From contig NC_086097.1 of assembly GCF_963921235.1 (NCBI RefSeq), positions 249,924,001 through 249,988,000 on the forward strand: a stretch of DNA of 64,000 bases. Direction: 5' to 3'. The position numbers and the translations under genes are program-made. Every line of letters begins with the position of its first letter. Position 1 is the first letter of the stretch. Below the pieces are notes generated by a model. That model was not told the DNA's origin, searched no databases, and saw only the letters and a list, made by a program, of their open reading frames with translations. This DNA is from Mobula hypostoma. Lineage: Eukaryota. This document shows, piece by piece, positions 1 to 11,588 of this stretch.

Positions 1-1285
1 TATTTCTGCCCCTGAGCCTTCCAAGTCTCTGTGATGGCCACCACATCATGGCTCCAAGTACTGATCCACACTTCAAGCTCATCCACTTTGTTCATAATAC
101 TCCTTGCATTAAAATAGACACATCTCAAACCATCGGTCTGAGCGTGTCCCTTCTCTATCACCTGCTTATCCTCTCTCTCGCACTGTCTCCAAGGTTTCTC
201 TATTTGTAAGCCAACTGCCTTTTCCTCTGTCTCTTCATTTCAGTTCCCACCCCTCAGCAATTCTAGTTTAAACTCTCCCCGATAGCCTTAGCAAACCTCC
301 TTGCCAGGTTATTGGTCCCCCTGGGATTCAAGTGCAACCCATCCTTTTTGTACAGATCACACCTGCCCCAAAAGAGGTCCAAATGATCCAGAAATCTGAA
401 TCCCTGCCCCCTGCTCCAATCCTTCAGCCATGCATTTATCCTCCACCTCATTCTATTACTATACTCACTGTCACGTGGCACAGGCAGTAATCTTGAGATT
501 ACTACCTTTGAGGTCCTGCTTTTCAACTTCCTTCCTAACTCCCTGTAGTCTGTTTTCAGGACCTCCTCCCTTTTCCTACCTATGTTGTTGATACCAATAT
601 GTATCATGACCTCCGGCTGTTCTCCTTCCCACTTCAGGATGTCGTGGACGCGATCAGAAACATCCCGGACCCTGGCACCTGGGAGGCAAACTACCATCCG
701 TGTTTCTTTCCTGCATCCACAGAATCGCCTTTCTGACCCCCTAATTATAGAGTCCCCAATCACTGCTGCCATCCTCTTCCTTTCCCTACCCTGCTGAGCC
801 ATAGGGTCAGACCCTGTGCCAGAGGTGCAGCCACTGTTGCTTCCCCCAGGTAGGTCGCTCCCCCCAACAGTACTCAAGCAGAACTATTGATTGTTAAGGG
901 GGACAGTCACTGGGGTGCTCTCTAGCCTCTGACTCTTGTCCTTCCCTCTCCTGACTGTTACCCATTTATCTGTCTCCCGAGTCCCTGGTGTGACTACTTG
1001 CCTATAGCTCCTCTCTATCACCTCCTCACTTTCCCTGACCAGACAAAGGTCATCAATCTCCAGTTCCCTAACGTGGTCCTTAAGGAGCTGCAGCTCGACG
1101 CATACAGATCTGGCCGTCTGGGAGGCTGGGAGTCTCCAGGACTTCCTACATCTGACACCAAGCACAGAACACCGGCCTCACACACATACTCCCTGTTTGT
1201 ATTCTACACAGGGAACGTACCTCACCTCGACCAGTTAACGCCTAAGCTCCATTCAGCCAAAGCCTTCCTACTCTGTCTCCCTCTA
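1..1285 (-). mobile_element. CR1-clade LINE 5' part: ORF1 (coiled region plus SGNH/GDSL esterase) and start of ORF2, degenerate
   Basis: ORF 263..877 has VIGDSIIRG, CLPGARVRD and DGLHLN motifs typical of the CR1 ORF1 esterase; ORF 884..1165 CVELQLLKDHVRELE. Confidence 0.85.
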
Positions 1286-2139
1286 CAGTCACATACAGCA
1301 CAAGGTACATGTAGCACATATAAGATAGCAAGCAAGTTATAAGTTATCAGTAAATAATAGTCTCACAAAAAAATAGTCCAAGTCCCCAAGTCCATGAATG
1401 GTGCAGCAGTGTGCAGTCGTACACAATACAGCTTGTCCTCTGCCAAGCAAACTCTGGGGGGCAGCTCTGACTCCAGCTTGGATGCTGCACCACAGTGCCC
1501 TCAGCATTCTGATGGAGCACACTGATTCTGATGCCTCTCTCCTGGGCAATTCTAAACAAGTGATACCATGGTTGGAGGTTTAGTCCTTGATACGACTGAG
1601 GACATGCAGCTTCCTCGGTGACTTGGACTTGCAGCATTCCACATTAACAATGTCCAACGGGTCCTTGCGATCACAAGAAAAGTAACTAAGTCGATCACTG
1701 CATATGGCCTTCATGTACCAACTCTTCCGACACCTATCTGACGCAGCCAGCAGTACAATTTGCGCCGTCCAGCTCCTTCAGTTTCTTAGCCAACGAGCAA
1801 CTTACTGATGCAGTAGACCCGCAGTATTTTAAGTTATTATCGTCCAATAGAGCCTTGTGATCATAAAAAATCTGTTTTAAGAGGGACAGTACCACCTTTA
1901 GTTGACCCAATAGAAGGTGCTACAATCAAACATACAGCCTGCTGACTCTCTAAAGAGCCACAGTGTGGATTGCCACAATTTTGGCAATAATGTCATAGGT
2001 GGCATGGCTTGTACCATGCAGTGCTAAGCAGTCTCATTACCGAACATCTCCAACGCTGAGGTCATATTAATCCTTTTGCGAAGGTCATGTACGCACACCG
2101 ACACACTCATTTCAGAATTCCTTTTTTAAAACCACACAC

Positions 2140-2386
2140 TTAACATGATCCCGCGGGACCTGACTAGGCCCAGGACAACTTTTTAATATGCTCTCATATG
2201 ATTCAACCTGGTCGGGGTATCCTTTTTCATGTGCTCCCACAAGATCTGACCCAGCCTAGGGCAATGTCTTTAATGTGCTCCTGTGGTATCAGACCCTGCC
2301 CAAGGCAACTTCTTTTTAATATGCTCCAAAGATTCATCCCAGTTCAGGACAACTTCTCTTTAACATGCTCCCACAAAATCTGACCC
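2140..2386. repeat. Degenerate ~44-bp minisatellite, ~6 units
   Basis: Recurrent TTTAAYRTGCTCC...GAYCTGACCC...CAGGACAACT. Confidence 0.7.
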
Positions 2387-2974
2387 CATTCTCGTTTCCA
2401 TCTCTCACCTTCTCTCTTTACCTGCCCATCATCTCCCTCTGGTGTTCCTCTGCCTTCCCCCTTTTCCATGGTCTTCTATCCTCTCCTGTCAGATTCTATC
2501 TCCTCCAGTCATTTATCTCTTTCACCAATCAATTTCCCAGCTCTTTACTTCACCCCTCCCCTCTCCCAGTTTCACTTATCACCTGGCACCTTGTACTTCT
2601 TCCTCCTCTCCCACCCCCACCTGCTTACCCTCACTTCTCCCCTTCCTTTTCCGTCCTGAAGAAGGGTCTCAGCCCAAAGTGTTCCCATAGATGATGCCTG
2701 ACTTGCTGAGTTCCTCCAGCATTTTGCATGTGTTGTCTAGGATTTAGGATTGATCAACTACTGGAACTCAATTCCTTTCTCTTGTATAACAAAGTCAAGG
2801 GTTCAAAGTAAATTTATTATCAAATATACAATTCTGAGATTCAGTTTCTTGTGGGCATTCACAGTAATTCCTGAAAAAGATAATAGAATTAATGAAAGAC
2901 AGCACCCAACAGGACGGACAAACAGCCAAATGTACAAAAGGCATCAAATAGTCCAAATACAAAAGATAATAGTT

Positions 2975-3970
2975 TCCTCAGCACTACTAGCCCCTCCACC
3001 TATATTTGTATCATCAGCAAACTTAGCCACAAAGCCATCTTATTCCATAATCCAAATCGTTGATGTGCAATGTAAAATGAACCAGCCCCAACATGGACCC
3101 CTGTGGAACATCACTGGTAACCGGCAGCCAAACAGAGTAGGATCCCTTTATTCCCACTCTCTGTTTCCTGCCAATTAGCCAACGCTCTATCCACGTATGT
3201 AACTTTCCCGTAATTCCATGGGCTCTTGTTTAGCAGCCTCATGTGCGGCACCTTGTCAAAGGCCTTCTGAAAATCCAAAAACACAACATCCACTGCATCC
3301 CCCTTGTCTAGCCTACTTGTAATTTCCTCAAAAAATTGCAATAGATTTGTCAGGCAGGATTTTCCTTTAAGGAAATCATGCTGAGTTCTGCCTATCTTGT
3401 CATATGCCTCCAGGTACTCCGTAACCTCATCCTTGACAATCGACTCCAACAACTTCCCAACCACCGATGTCAAGCTAACAGGTCTATACTTTCCTTTTTG
3501 CTTCCTTGCCCCCTTCTTAAATGGCGGAGTGACATTTGCAATCTTCCAGTCCTCTGGAACCATGCCAGAATTTATCGTCTTTTGAAAGATCATCGTTAAT
3601 GCCTCGGCAATCTCCACAGCTACTTCCTTCAGAACACGCGGGTGCATTCCATCTGGTCTGGGAGCTCTATCTACCTTTAGGCTATTCAGCTTCCTGAATA
3701 CTTTCTCTGTCGAAATTGTGACTGCGCACACTTCTCTTCCCTGCCACCCTTGAGTGTCCAGTATACTGCTGATGTCTTCCTCAGTGAAGACTGATGCAAA
3801 ATACTCGTTCAGTTCCTCTGCCATCTCCTTATCTCCCATTACAATTTCTCCAGCATCATTTTCTATGGGTCCTATATCTACTCTCACCTGTCTTTTACTC
3901 TTTATATGCTTGAAAAAGCTTCTTGATATTATTTGCTAGCTTCCTTTCATAGTTCACCTTTTCCCTCTTA
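2975..3970 (-). mobile_element. CR1 ORF2 reverse transcriptase fragment
   Basis: ORF 3111..3887: PDGMHPRVLKE, YRPVSLTSVVGKLLE, LDFQKAFDKVPH. Confidence 0.9.
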
Positions 3971-4080
3971 ATAGAGCACAGGAACAGGCCCTTTGGCCCA
4001 CAATGTTTTGCCAAACCAGTTAAATTAGTAATCAAATGGCTAACTAAACTAATCCCCTCTGCCTATATAATTTTCATACC

Positions 4081-4257
4081 CAAAATGCTGGTGGAACGCA
4101 GCAGGCCAGGCAGCACCTATAGGAAGAGGTACAGTCGACGTTTCGGGTCCGAAACATCGACTGTACCTCTTCCTATAGATGCTGCCTGGCCTGCTGCGTT
4201 CCACCAGCATTTTATGTGTGTTGCTTGAATTTCCAGCATCTGCAGATTTCCTCATGT
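4081..4257. mobile_element. Fold-back PLE pLTR mini-element
   Basis: 65-bp inverted arms (4082-4146 and 4149-4213) with 2 mismatches; degenerate 12-bp TSD. Confidence 0.85.
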
Positions 4258-4725
4258 TAATGTTCATATCCTTTCATTTTCCTCACATTCACGTAGATGT
4301 CTCTTAAAAGTCCCTAATGCATCTGCCTCTACCATCACCCCAAGTGGCACATTCCAGGCACCCACCACTCTGTGTGTCAAAAAAAAGCATCTGCCCCTTC
4401 ACATTGCCCGTGGAGCTATTCCCTGTCCCTTAAATTCATGCTCTCTGGTATTAGACATTTCAACCCTGGGAAAAAGGTACCGTTTGTATATTCTGTTGAT
4501 GCCTCTCTTAATGTTTCAACCGCCATCAGATCTCCCCTCAGATCTATCCTTGTCTGGACATTATGTTCACCCTTATCTTCCAGCGACTTCCACACCCCCC
4601 TGTATGAGCCATTTCTGCCCTGGGGAAAGGACTGGTGGTCTACTCTATCTATGCCTCTTGTATTCCTTCATGTACTGGAGAATGAAAGTAATCTGCGGGT
4701 TGGTTTTTGGATTATATCAGCACTG

Positions 4726-4985
4726 TTTTATTTATTTAGAGACACTGCACGGAACAAGCCCCTCAGGCTGCACCGCCCAGGAGCCTCCGATTTAACTCTA
4801 CCCATTGTAAATTGTCCTGTGACTAATTAACTGATAGGCCTTTGGACTGTGGGTGGAAATTGGGGGACATGGACAAAACCCACGCATTCCACGGGGAGGA
4901 CTTACAGCCCCTTACAGAGGGCGTTGGAATTGAACTCTGCACTCAGACCCCTGAGCTGTTATAGCGTTATGCTAACTGCTAGCTG
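4726..4985 (-). mobile_element. V-SINE/HE1-like SINE; related copies at ~31075-31345, 43815-44100, 47870-48160, 49845-50120 and 60340-60615
   Basis: V-core-like GCGTGGGTTT...CCCACAGTCCAAAG; tRNA-like head (GTTCAATTCC); (TAAA)n tail. Confidence 0.7.
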
Positions 4986-5119
4986 TGATGACCATGTAGT
5001 ACTTGGATTCTACATGTCCTACTAGTCTGAGGGCAATGTTATCCCGTCCAACATTAAATAAATCTAAAATATGAAGTATCAGTACTTTGATTGGTATTAA
5101 CTGATTCTTTGTGTTGCAG

Positions 5120-5210
5120 TATACAAGGGCAGAGTTACTTGAAAGAATTCAAGCTAGTGAGCAGGAGCTAATGCAGCAATTGCAGCTGTTACGTGCCTAC
5201 AGGATTGAGG
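5120..5210 (+). CDS. DSCC1: DSCC1 (sister chromatid cohesion protein DCC1) internal coding exon, YTRAELLERIQASEQELMQQLQLLRAYRIEG
   Basis: ttgcag acceptor and gtgagt donor; 91 nt, phase 0 to 1; resembles vertebrate DSCC1 YTTEDLLDQIQASEEEIMTQLQVLNACKIGG. Upstream exons lie outside the window. Confidence 0.93.
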
Positions 5211-6453
5211 GTGAGTTGGAAGAATAGGAACTTGATGCATTGTAGTGAACTTTTTACCAAGGTGGCCATTTTCCAGCTTCCCTGCTGTAATTCTGACTTA
5301 AAAGTATAGTTCTCCGTGGGTAGTGGGTTCTCGATCTCAGACTTTCCCTGCGGCCTGATGTTTCATTATGTGCACCTTTGGGGTGGGGCCTTGTGGATGA
5401 CTTGGGTCCTCGCCAATGTCAGGCCAGCAGGCAGTGGCCCCTGCACTCACTCGCTCTCTCTCGCGTTCCCACTCTCTCCCGCTCTCTCTCTCTCTCTCAT
5501 ATGTTGGGATGGACAGCAGTTTTTGATGGATTCTTTGGAGACTTTGTTATTGCTTGCGCGGGGGGTGCGGTTTGATGCGAGTGGGGGGGAGGGTTGATGT
5601 TTTTGCTGCTGCTCATGTGACGGGGGGAATGGCTTTGGGATTCTCACGTTTTCTGTCATTCATTCTTTGGGGATTTTTTTTCTGTTTTGTGGGTGTCGCC
5701 AAAGAGTAAGAATTTCAGGTTGTATACTGTATACATTTTCTGATATTAACTTGGACTGTTGAACTGTAAAACCCTGTGCAAAAATGCTACTAAACAGAAG
5801 AGATTGTGTGGATACTGAAAATACAGAATATATGCACACTACAGGATAAACTCCTCAGGTCAGGCAGCATCTATGGAGAGAAATGAACAGTCCATGTTTC
5901 TTTTTTTTTAAATTTTATTTGGATAAGGAGTTCACAATTATCATGTACTTTTTTCACACATATAACCTTTTCCATTTTTTTATATGTATAAAACTACAAT
6001 TATTTATACATTCTTAAGTACACATTGAGATGATATAAAAGCAAAATAAACATTTAAATAGATAATTATGTACTGTGGTAAATCTAACCTATTAGGCTAA
6101 GTAATGAAATTAGTTGTTAAGAAAAATGGTAATAATAGTTTCCATACAACCCTTCTGGACCATTTCCACTGGTCCAAAATGTTGCATACAAGCCTTTATA
6201 CCAACCATTGTAGGTGTTTATATCCCAATTTGTTCGTGCTTGTTCCTGCCCGCAGACATAATTATCCAATCCCTATGTACTTATTTACTTAATTTTTTCA
6301 TTTTTTTTATCCCTTTCCCAAATCTTTCCCTTTACTTGTGTTAATTCTCTATTTTCTAAAAAAAAACAACAACAACAAACATTTAGACTAGGGGTGCTTA
6401 CGTTAGCAATATTACTGTGTTGATGAGAAGAGCAATATAAACCATTAGGAGAG

Positions 6454-9400
6454 TCATCTAAAGTCTGCTCGCATTGGGGTTATATATTCAATCCATTTAT
6501 TCCAGATTTGATAAAATGTTTCTTTTTGAGTTCTCAGGGAGTAGGTCAACTTTTCCATTTTAAATATTTCCAAGATAATTTCGTACCAATCTTCTAATGT
6601 AGGTGGTATTGGATTTAGCCATTTTCTAGTGATTGATTTCTTACTTGCCGCTAAGAGGGCCTGCAGCAACTTTATATCTTCCTTCTGTTCAAGGAACAAT
6701 ACATGCCCCAAATAGAGCGTCTCAAAGTTCAGAGGTATCTGGGACCTAAGTACCTTAACTAATGTTCTATGAATACCTTCCCAAAATAGACTTAATTTAG
6801 GGCAATCCCAGAAAATATGAAAATGATTTGCCTCCTTAGAGCCGCACCTTCTCCAACACATCACATTTGTATCTTTATATTTTTCCTGATATGGGGTCTT
6901 GAAGTATCTTATAATGTTTTTTCAACAATGTTCTCTCCAAGTCAAAGAATTAGTCGAGGACCATTGAAAGCTGCAGATTTTCCCCCAAGCCTCCTCTGAA
7001 AGTACCAACCCCGCTTCTTTCTCCCACTTCTCTTTAATATACAGTGTATTTACATTTTTAGCATGGGAGAGTGCATTATATAGGCGAGAAACTGATTTAC
7101 TAGGTATTGAACTGCAAGCCGAATTCAGAATCTTGAAAAATTCTAATTCTACTGTTGATAGGTCTGTATATCTACAACTCTGGTTAACATAGTTTCGTAT
7201 TTGAAGGTACCTAAAAAAGTCATTATGTTCTAGGCCATGTTTGTCCTGCAGGATTTGGAAACTTTGTAATACTCTTTTATCTATAAATGAGAGGTAGGTT
7301 GTAAGACCTTTCTTTATCCATAGCTCAAATCTTTTATCTCCTCTGTTGGGAAGGAATTCGGTATCATATGCACACCATCTAAAGAGTTTTAGCATGTTAT
7401 TAATTCCACATGAATTAACCACCTTCTGCCATACTTTTAATGTAAGATTTATCCAAGCATTATTAAATTTTTCCAACTGGGCCATCAATCCCTTGTCAGC
7501 TATTGAGGCCTGAAGAGGAAAACTGTCAACTAATCCAAATTCTATTTCCTTCATCTAGCCTTATATTCCCTATTACACCAATATAACAGAGGGGTTATCT
7601 GTGAGGCATAAAAATAATTTCTCAGGCAAGGAAGAACCATACCTCCTCTTTCCTTCCCTAACTGTAAAGTGTTATATCGAATTCTAGGTTTCCTTCCTTG
7701 CCAAATGAAGCGGGAAATCCATTTGTCCCATTCCCTGAATTGATTATCATCCACCTCCACTGGTAAAGTATGGAAAAGATATAATAACCGAGGAAGAATA
7801 TTCATTTTTATAGTATTTATCCTTGAATTTAAACTTAAAAAGGGGATAAGATTCCATCTATGCATATCTGCTTTTATCTCTGAGATTAATGGCCCATAAT
7901 TTACCTGTGACAGTGTTGAAAGATCCTTCGGCAGGGTTATTCCTAAATATTTTAATGATTTAGCTTCCCACTTAAGATCGTATGTATCCTGCAATTTTTT
8001 GGATGGTGTATAATTTAGGGACATAACCTGCGTTTTCTTTACATTTATTTTATAACCTGATATTTTCCCAAAGTCATCCAACAGTGTAAACAATCCTATA
8101 AATGATTTTTCTGGTTCACTCAGATAGACCAAAACATCATCTGCGAATAACGCCACTTTCTGTTCAATCCCTGCCACCTTGATACCTTTTACGATTTCGC
8201 TCTGTCTTATTAGTTGGGCAAGTGGTTCAATATATAGCGCAAAAAGGAGAGGAGAAATTGGGCATCCCTGTCTAGTGCCTCTCTCTAAAATGAAGGAGTC
8301 AGAGGTCCCCATTTATCTTAATTCGGGCTGTTGGGCTGTCATACAGAGTTTGAATTACTTTAATAAACCTTTCTTGAAAGCCGAATCTTCCTAACACTCT
8401 GTATAGGAATGCCCAACTAACCGAATCAAAAGCTTTCTCAGCGTCCAATCCTACTACCATTGTCTCTGTCTCGTTCTTATTAACCTGTTCTAATATGTGC
8501 AGAGTTCTCCTTATGTTGTCCTGTGTTTGTCTTTGTTGAATAAATCCAGTCTGGTCTAAATGGATTAGGCCAGGTAAAAGCTTTTTAAATCTGCGCGCTA
8601 ATATAGATGTAAATAGTTTGTAATCTAAATTAAGAACACTAATTGGCCGAAAATTGCCACATTCTAGTTTATCTTTACCCTCTTTAGGAATAACTGAAAT
8701 AATCGCTTCTCTCCAGGAAGGTGGAGTTTCTCCTCTCTGCAAGATCCAATTAAAGGTGTTAAGTAGTAATGGGGCTAACTGTGTCTTCAGGGAGTTGTAC
8801 CACTCTGAGGTAAACCCATCAGAACCCGGGGACTTTCCAGCCTTTAACCTAGAGATGGCCACGTTCAGTTCTTTGACAGTTACTGGTTCTAATAAACTTT
8901 CATTTTGTAAATCTGTAAGTTTAGGTAGATCTAAAAAATTCAATACACTGTCTATATAGGGCTCATTGGGGGCCCGGGGTTGGGAGTACAGCTCTCGATA
9001 ATACGTTTCAAAACTCTCTTGAATTTTCCCTATTGTACTCTCCACAAGCTTTGTCTTTGGATTCTTTATTTTATGAATTGTATTGTCTGCTTGTTGTTTT
9101 CGTAATTTATATGCTAATAATCTAGCTGATTTACCTCCTACTTTATAATTCTTTTGTCTCAGGTAAAGAAAATTTCTTTGAGTTTCCAACGTATAAATAT
9201 CATCAATTTCACTTTGCAATTTCCTAATTTCCTGTTTTCGATTTGAATTACTTTTGTTGCTATCTACAACTTGAAGTTGTTTTAATTTTCCTTGAAGGTC
9301 TGCTAATTTTTGTGCATTGATTTTTTTCATGTGAGTATTAATGGAAATAATTTTCCCTCTCAGTACAGCTTTCAATGTATCCCATAAAATCACTGGTGAT

Positions 9401-10239
9401 GTTTCTCCCGTGTCATTAAGGTCTAGATATTCTTTGATTTCTCCCCTTAATCTCTCCATTACTTTTGGGTTATTAAGTATATGTGAGTTTAGCCTCCATA
9501 GTGTTTTCCTCATTTTCCTTTCCCGGATTAGAGACATAGAGACTGGGCTATGATCCGACAGATCAATTGTTGCAATATTACAGTTTTTTATCCTGAGTCT
9601 ATCTGTATTAAAGATAAAGAAATAGTCTATCCTTGAATAGGCTGAATGAGGGAAAGAGTAATATGTATAATCTTTACTAGTAGGGTGTAATTCCCTCCAG
9701 ACATCTATAATTCCCAACTCCTCCATCAATGAATTCACTTTCCGAGTCAGAGGTTTATTCTGAGTAACTATTCTTGAAGAATCTAATATAGGATTTAATC
9801 TAATATTAAAATCCCCTCCACAAATTACTACCCCTCGAGAACTGACCATTAGGTCAAAAATGTGTCTATAAAATGACCATTCACTACCTGGAGGAGCATA
9901 AACATTCAGCAATGTTATTTCTGTACCTTCTATTCTTCCTGTGATTTTTACAAACCGTCCTTCTTTGTCTCTAGTCTCTGAAATATGTTCATAATTAAGA
10001 GTACTTGATATTAAAGTAGCTACCCCTCTTTTGTGACTCAATTTATATGATGAATAAAATACATGCTTAAAGCCCATTCTTTTTAATTTTCCATGTTCAG
10101 ATTGGCTCATATGTGTTTCCTGGAGAAAAGCTATTTGTGCCCTCTCTTTTTTCAATTTAGACATAATCTTATTTCTTTTAATTGGATTCAAAACCCCATT
10201 AACATTATAGGAAATTAATTTTACCAATTCAGTTTGCAT
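6454..10239 (-). pseudogene. L1 ORF2p (APE endonuclease, RT, C-terminal CCHC) disrupted by two frameshifts and one stop
   Basis: [44 protein letters not shown], CxxxC...HIFWDC across ORFs 8299..10239, 7551..8312, 6922..7554 and 6454..6864. Confidence 0.93.
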
Positions 10240-10601
10240 TTTTCTCTAGTAGAAAAAAAGCACTCTCCTTTTCTAACCAAACAGTAAGCAATCCCTTCTC
10301 AACAGTAAACCAAGACATATAACCACACCCTAGACATTTCTGAACGTATAACATTTGAAAATTTTCCCCGACTTCCCACAGTGAGGCCTGAGCACCGACC
10401 CGTCTCAGTTCAGAGGGATAACCTCTATCTTCACCCTGTGTTAGAGGGCCCTCAGCAGTTTGAATAATCATAGAGAATTTTCTCCTATTTATGTCTCGAC
10501 CATATTGCTATCATTCAAGTTATTCCGCCTAGATTATTTTCAATTACCAGTTTTCATTTTACTTTTAAGTCCGATTTACTCTTTTCAGTCATTTCTCTTA
10601 A

Positions 10602-11588
10602 TTAATCTGTATTCTCTGTATATTCGCGTCTGAATATTTGCAGCTTTTCCTTGTAGTTTGACACTCTGTTTCGAGTGGAGCGTCCTCGCCCCACTAACTG
10701 CCACGACTTCTGCTGAATCCTCTCCAGTAGCGACTCCGGTTGGGTGATAACTTTAATAGGTAGTCCCCGGTCCGCCAGGTCCGATGTTGCCTCCCCCACC
10801 GTAGCGTAAGTTTTTGTCCCTTCGTCGTAAAAGACTCTCAGCCGAGCTGGATACAGGGTCTGGAATCTGATGTTGTTTTCCTTCAGGACTCTCCGTGTTT
10901 CCGTATATTCCTTCCGTCTGGCAAGAATCCCCGGTGCGTAGTCGTGGTCTAAACTGATTTTACAGTTGTTCCACATGAAACCTTTCTTTTGCCATGCTCT
11001 TTTAAGCACCTCTTCCTTCGTTCTGTAACTGAGAAATCTGATCAGAATCGACCTGGGCTGGGCGCCTGCCGGAGGCTGTGGTGCCAACGCGCGGTGAGCC
11101 CTTTCTATCTGTAGGTCTTTTGCGGCCGGTATATCAAGGTTCTCTCTAAGCAGCTTCTCCACGAAGGGAATCATCAATCCGGGTTTACCTTCGGTTCCTT
11201 CGGGAACTCCGTAGATCCTCACATTTTCCCTTCTCGAGCGGCCTTCTTGATCTATTAGTTTCCACTGGAGTTGGTCTTGTAGCTGCAGCATTTCTGCTAT
11301 CACCTCCTCTGCATTTTGTAGCTTCTCTTCAATTCCAACAATCCTCGCTTCGGCTTCATCTATCCGCGAGTTAGTTTTTACTATTTCTCCTTTAATATCT
11401 TCCAGCTGTTTGCTGTTATCTTGTCGGAACTCGCGAATCTCTCCGAGAATCAAAGACAGAGTCACCGATTCCCCCTCATTATCTCCGTCCTGGCTTGCCG
11501 TGGGGGAGCTAGTCCCGTCGCCTTGCTGCATCTCTTTATGTTTATCAGCCTTCGAAGTGGACTTTTTATTCTTGTTCTTAGACATCAT
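10602..11588 (-). CDS. L1 ORF1p (coiled coil, RRM, CTD), intact, 328 aa
   Basis: EGRSRRENVRIYGVPEG, IERAHR and LYPARLRV motifs. Confidence 0.92.
   Translation of the reverse strand: MMSKNKNKKSTSKADKHKEMQQGDGTSSPTASQDGDNEGESVTLSLILGEIREFRQDNSKQLEDIKGEIVKTNSRIDEAEARIVGIEEKLQNAEEVIAEMLQLQDQLQWKLIDQEGRSRRENVRIYGVPEGTEGKPGLMIPFVEKLLRENLDIPAAKDLQIERAHRALAPQPPAGAQPRSILIRFLSYRTKEEVLKRAWQKKGFMWNNCKISLDHDYAPGILARRKEYTETRRVLKENNIRFQTLYPARLRVFYDEGTKTYATVGEATSDLADRGLPIKVITQPESLLERIQQKSWQLVGRGRSTRNRVSNYKEKLQIFRREYTENTD

Noticed and set aside
2140..2386. CRISPR-like array
   Set aside because: Vertebrate context, units diverge along their whole length, no spacers and no cas genes
10229..10471. Third L1 ORF in the inter-ORF spacer
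   Set aside because: 80 aa with no motif; compatible with chance
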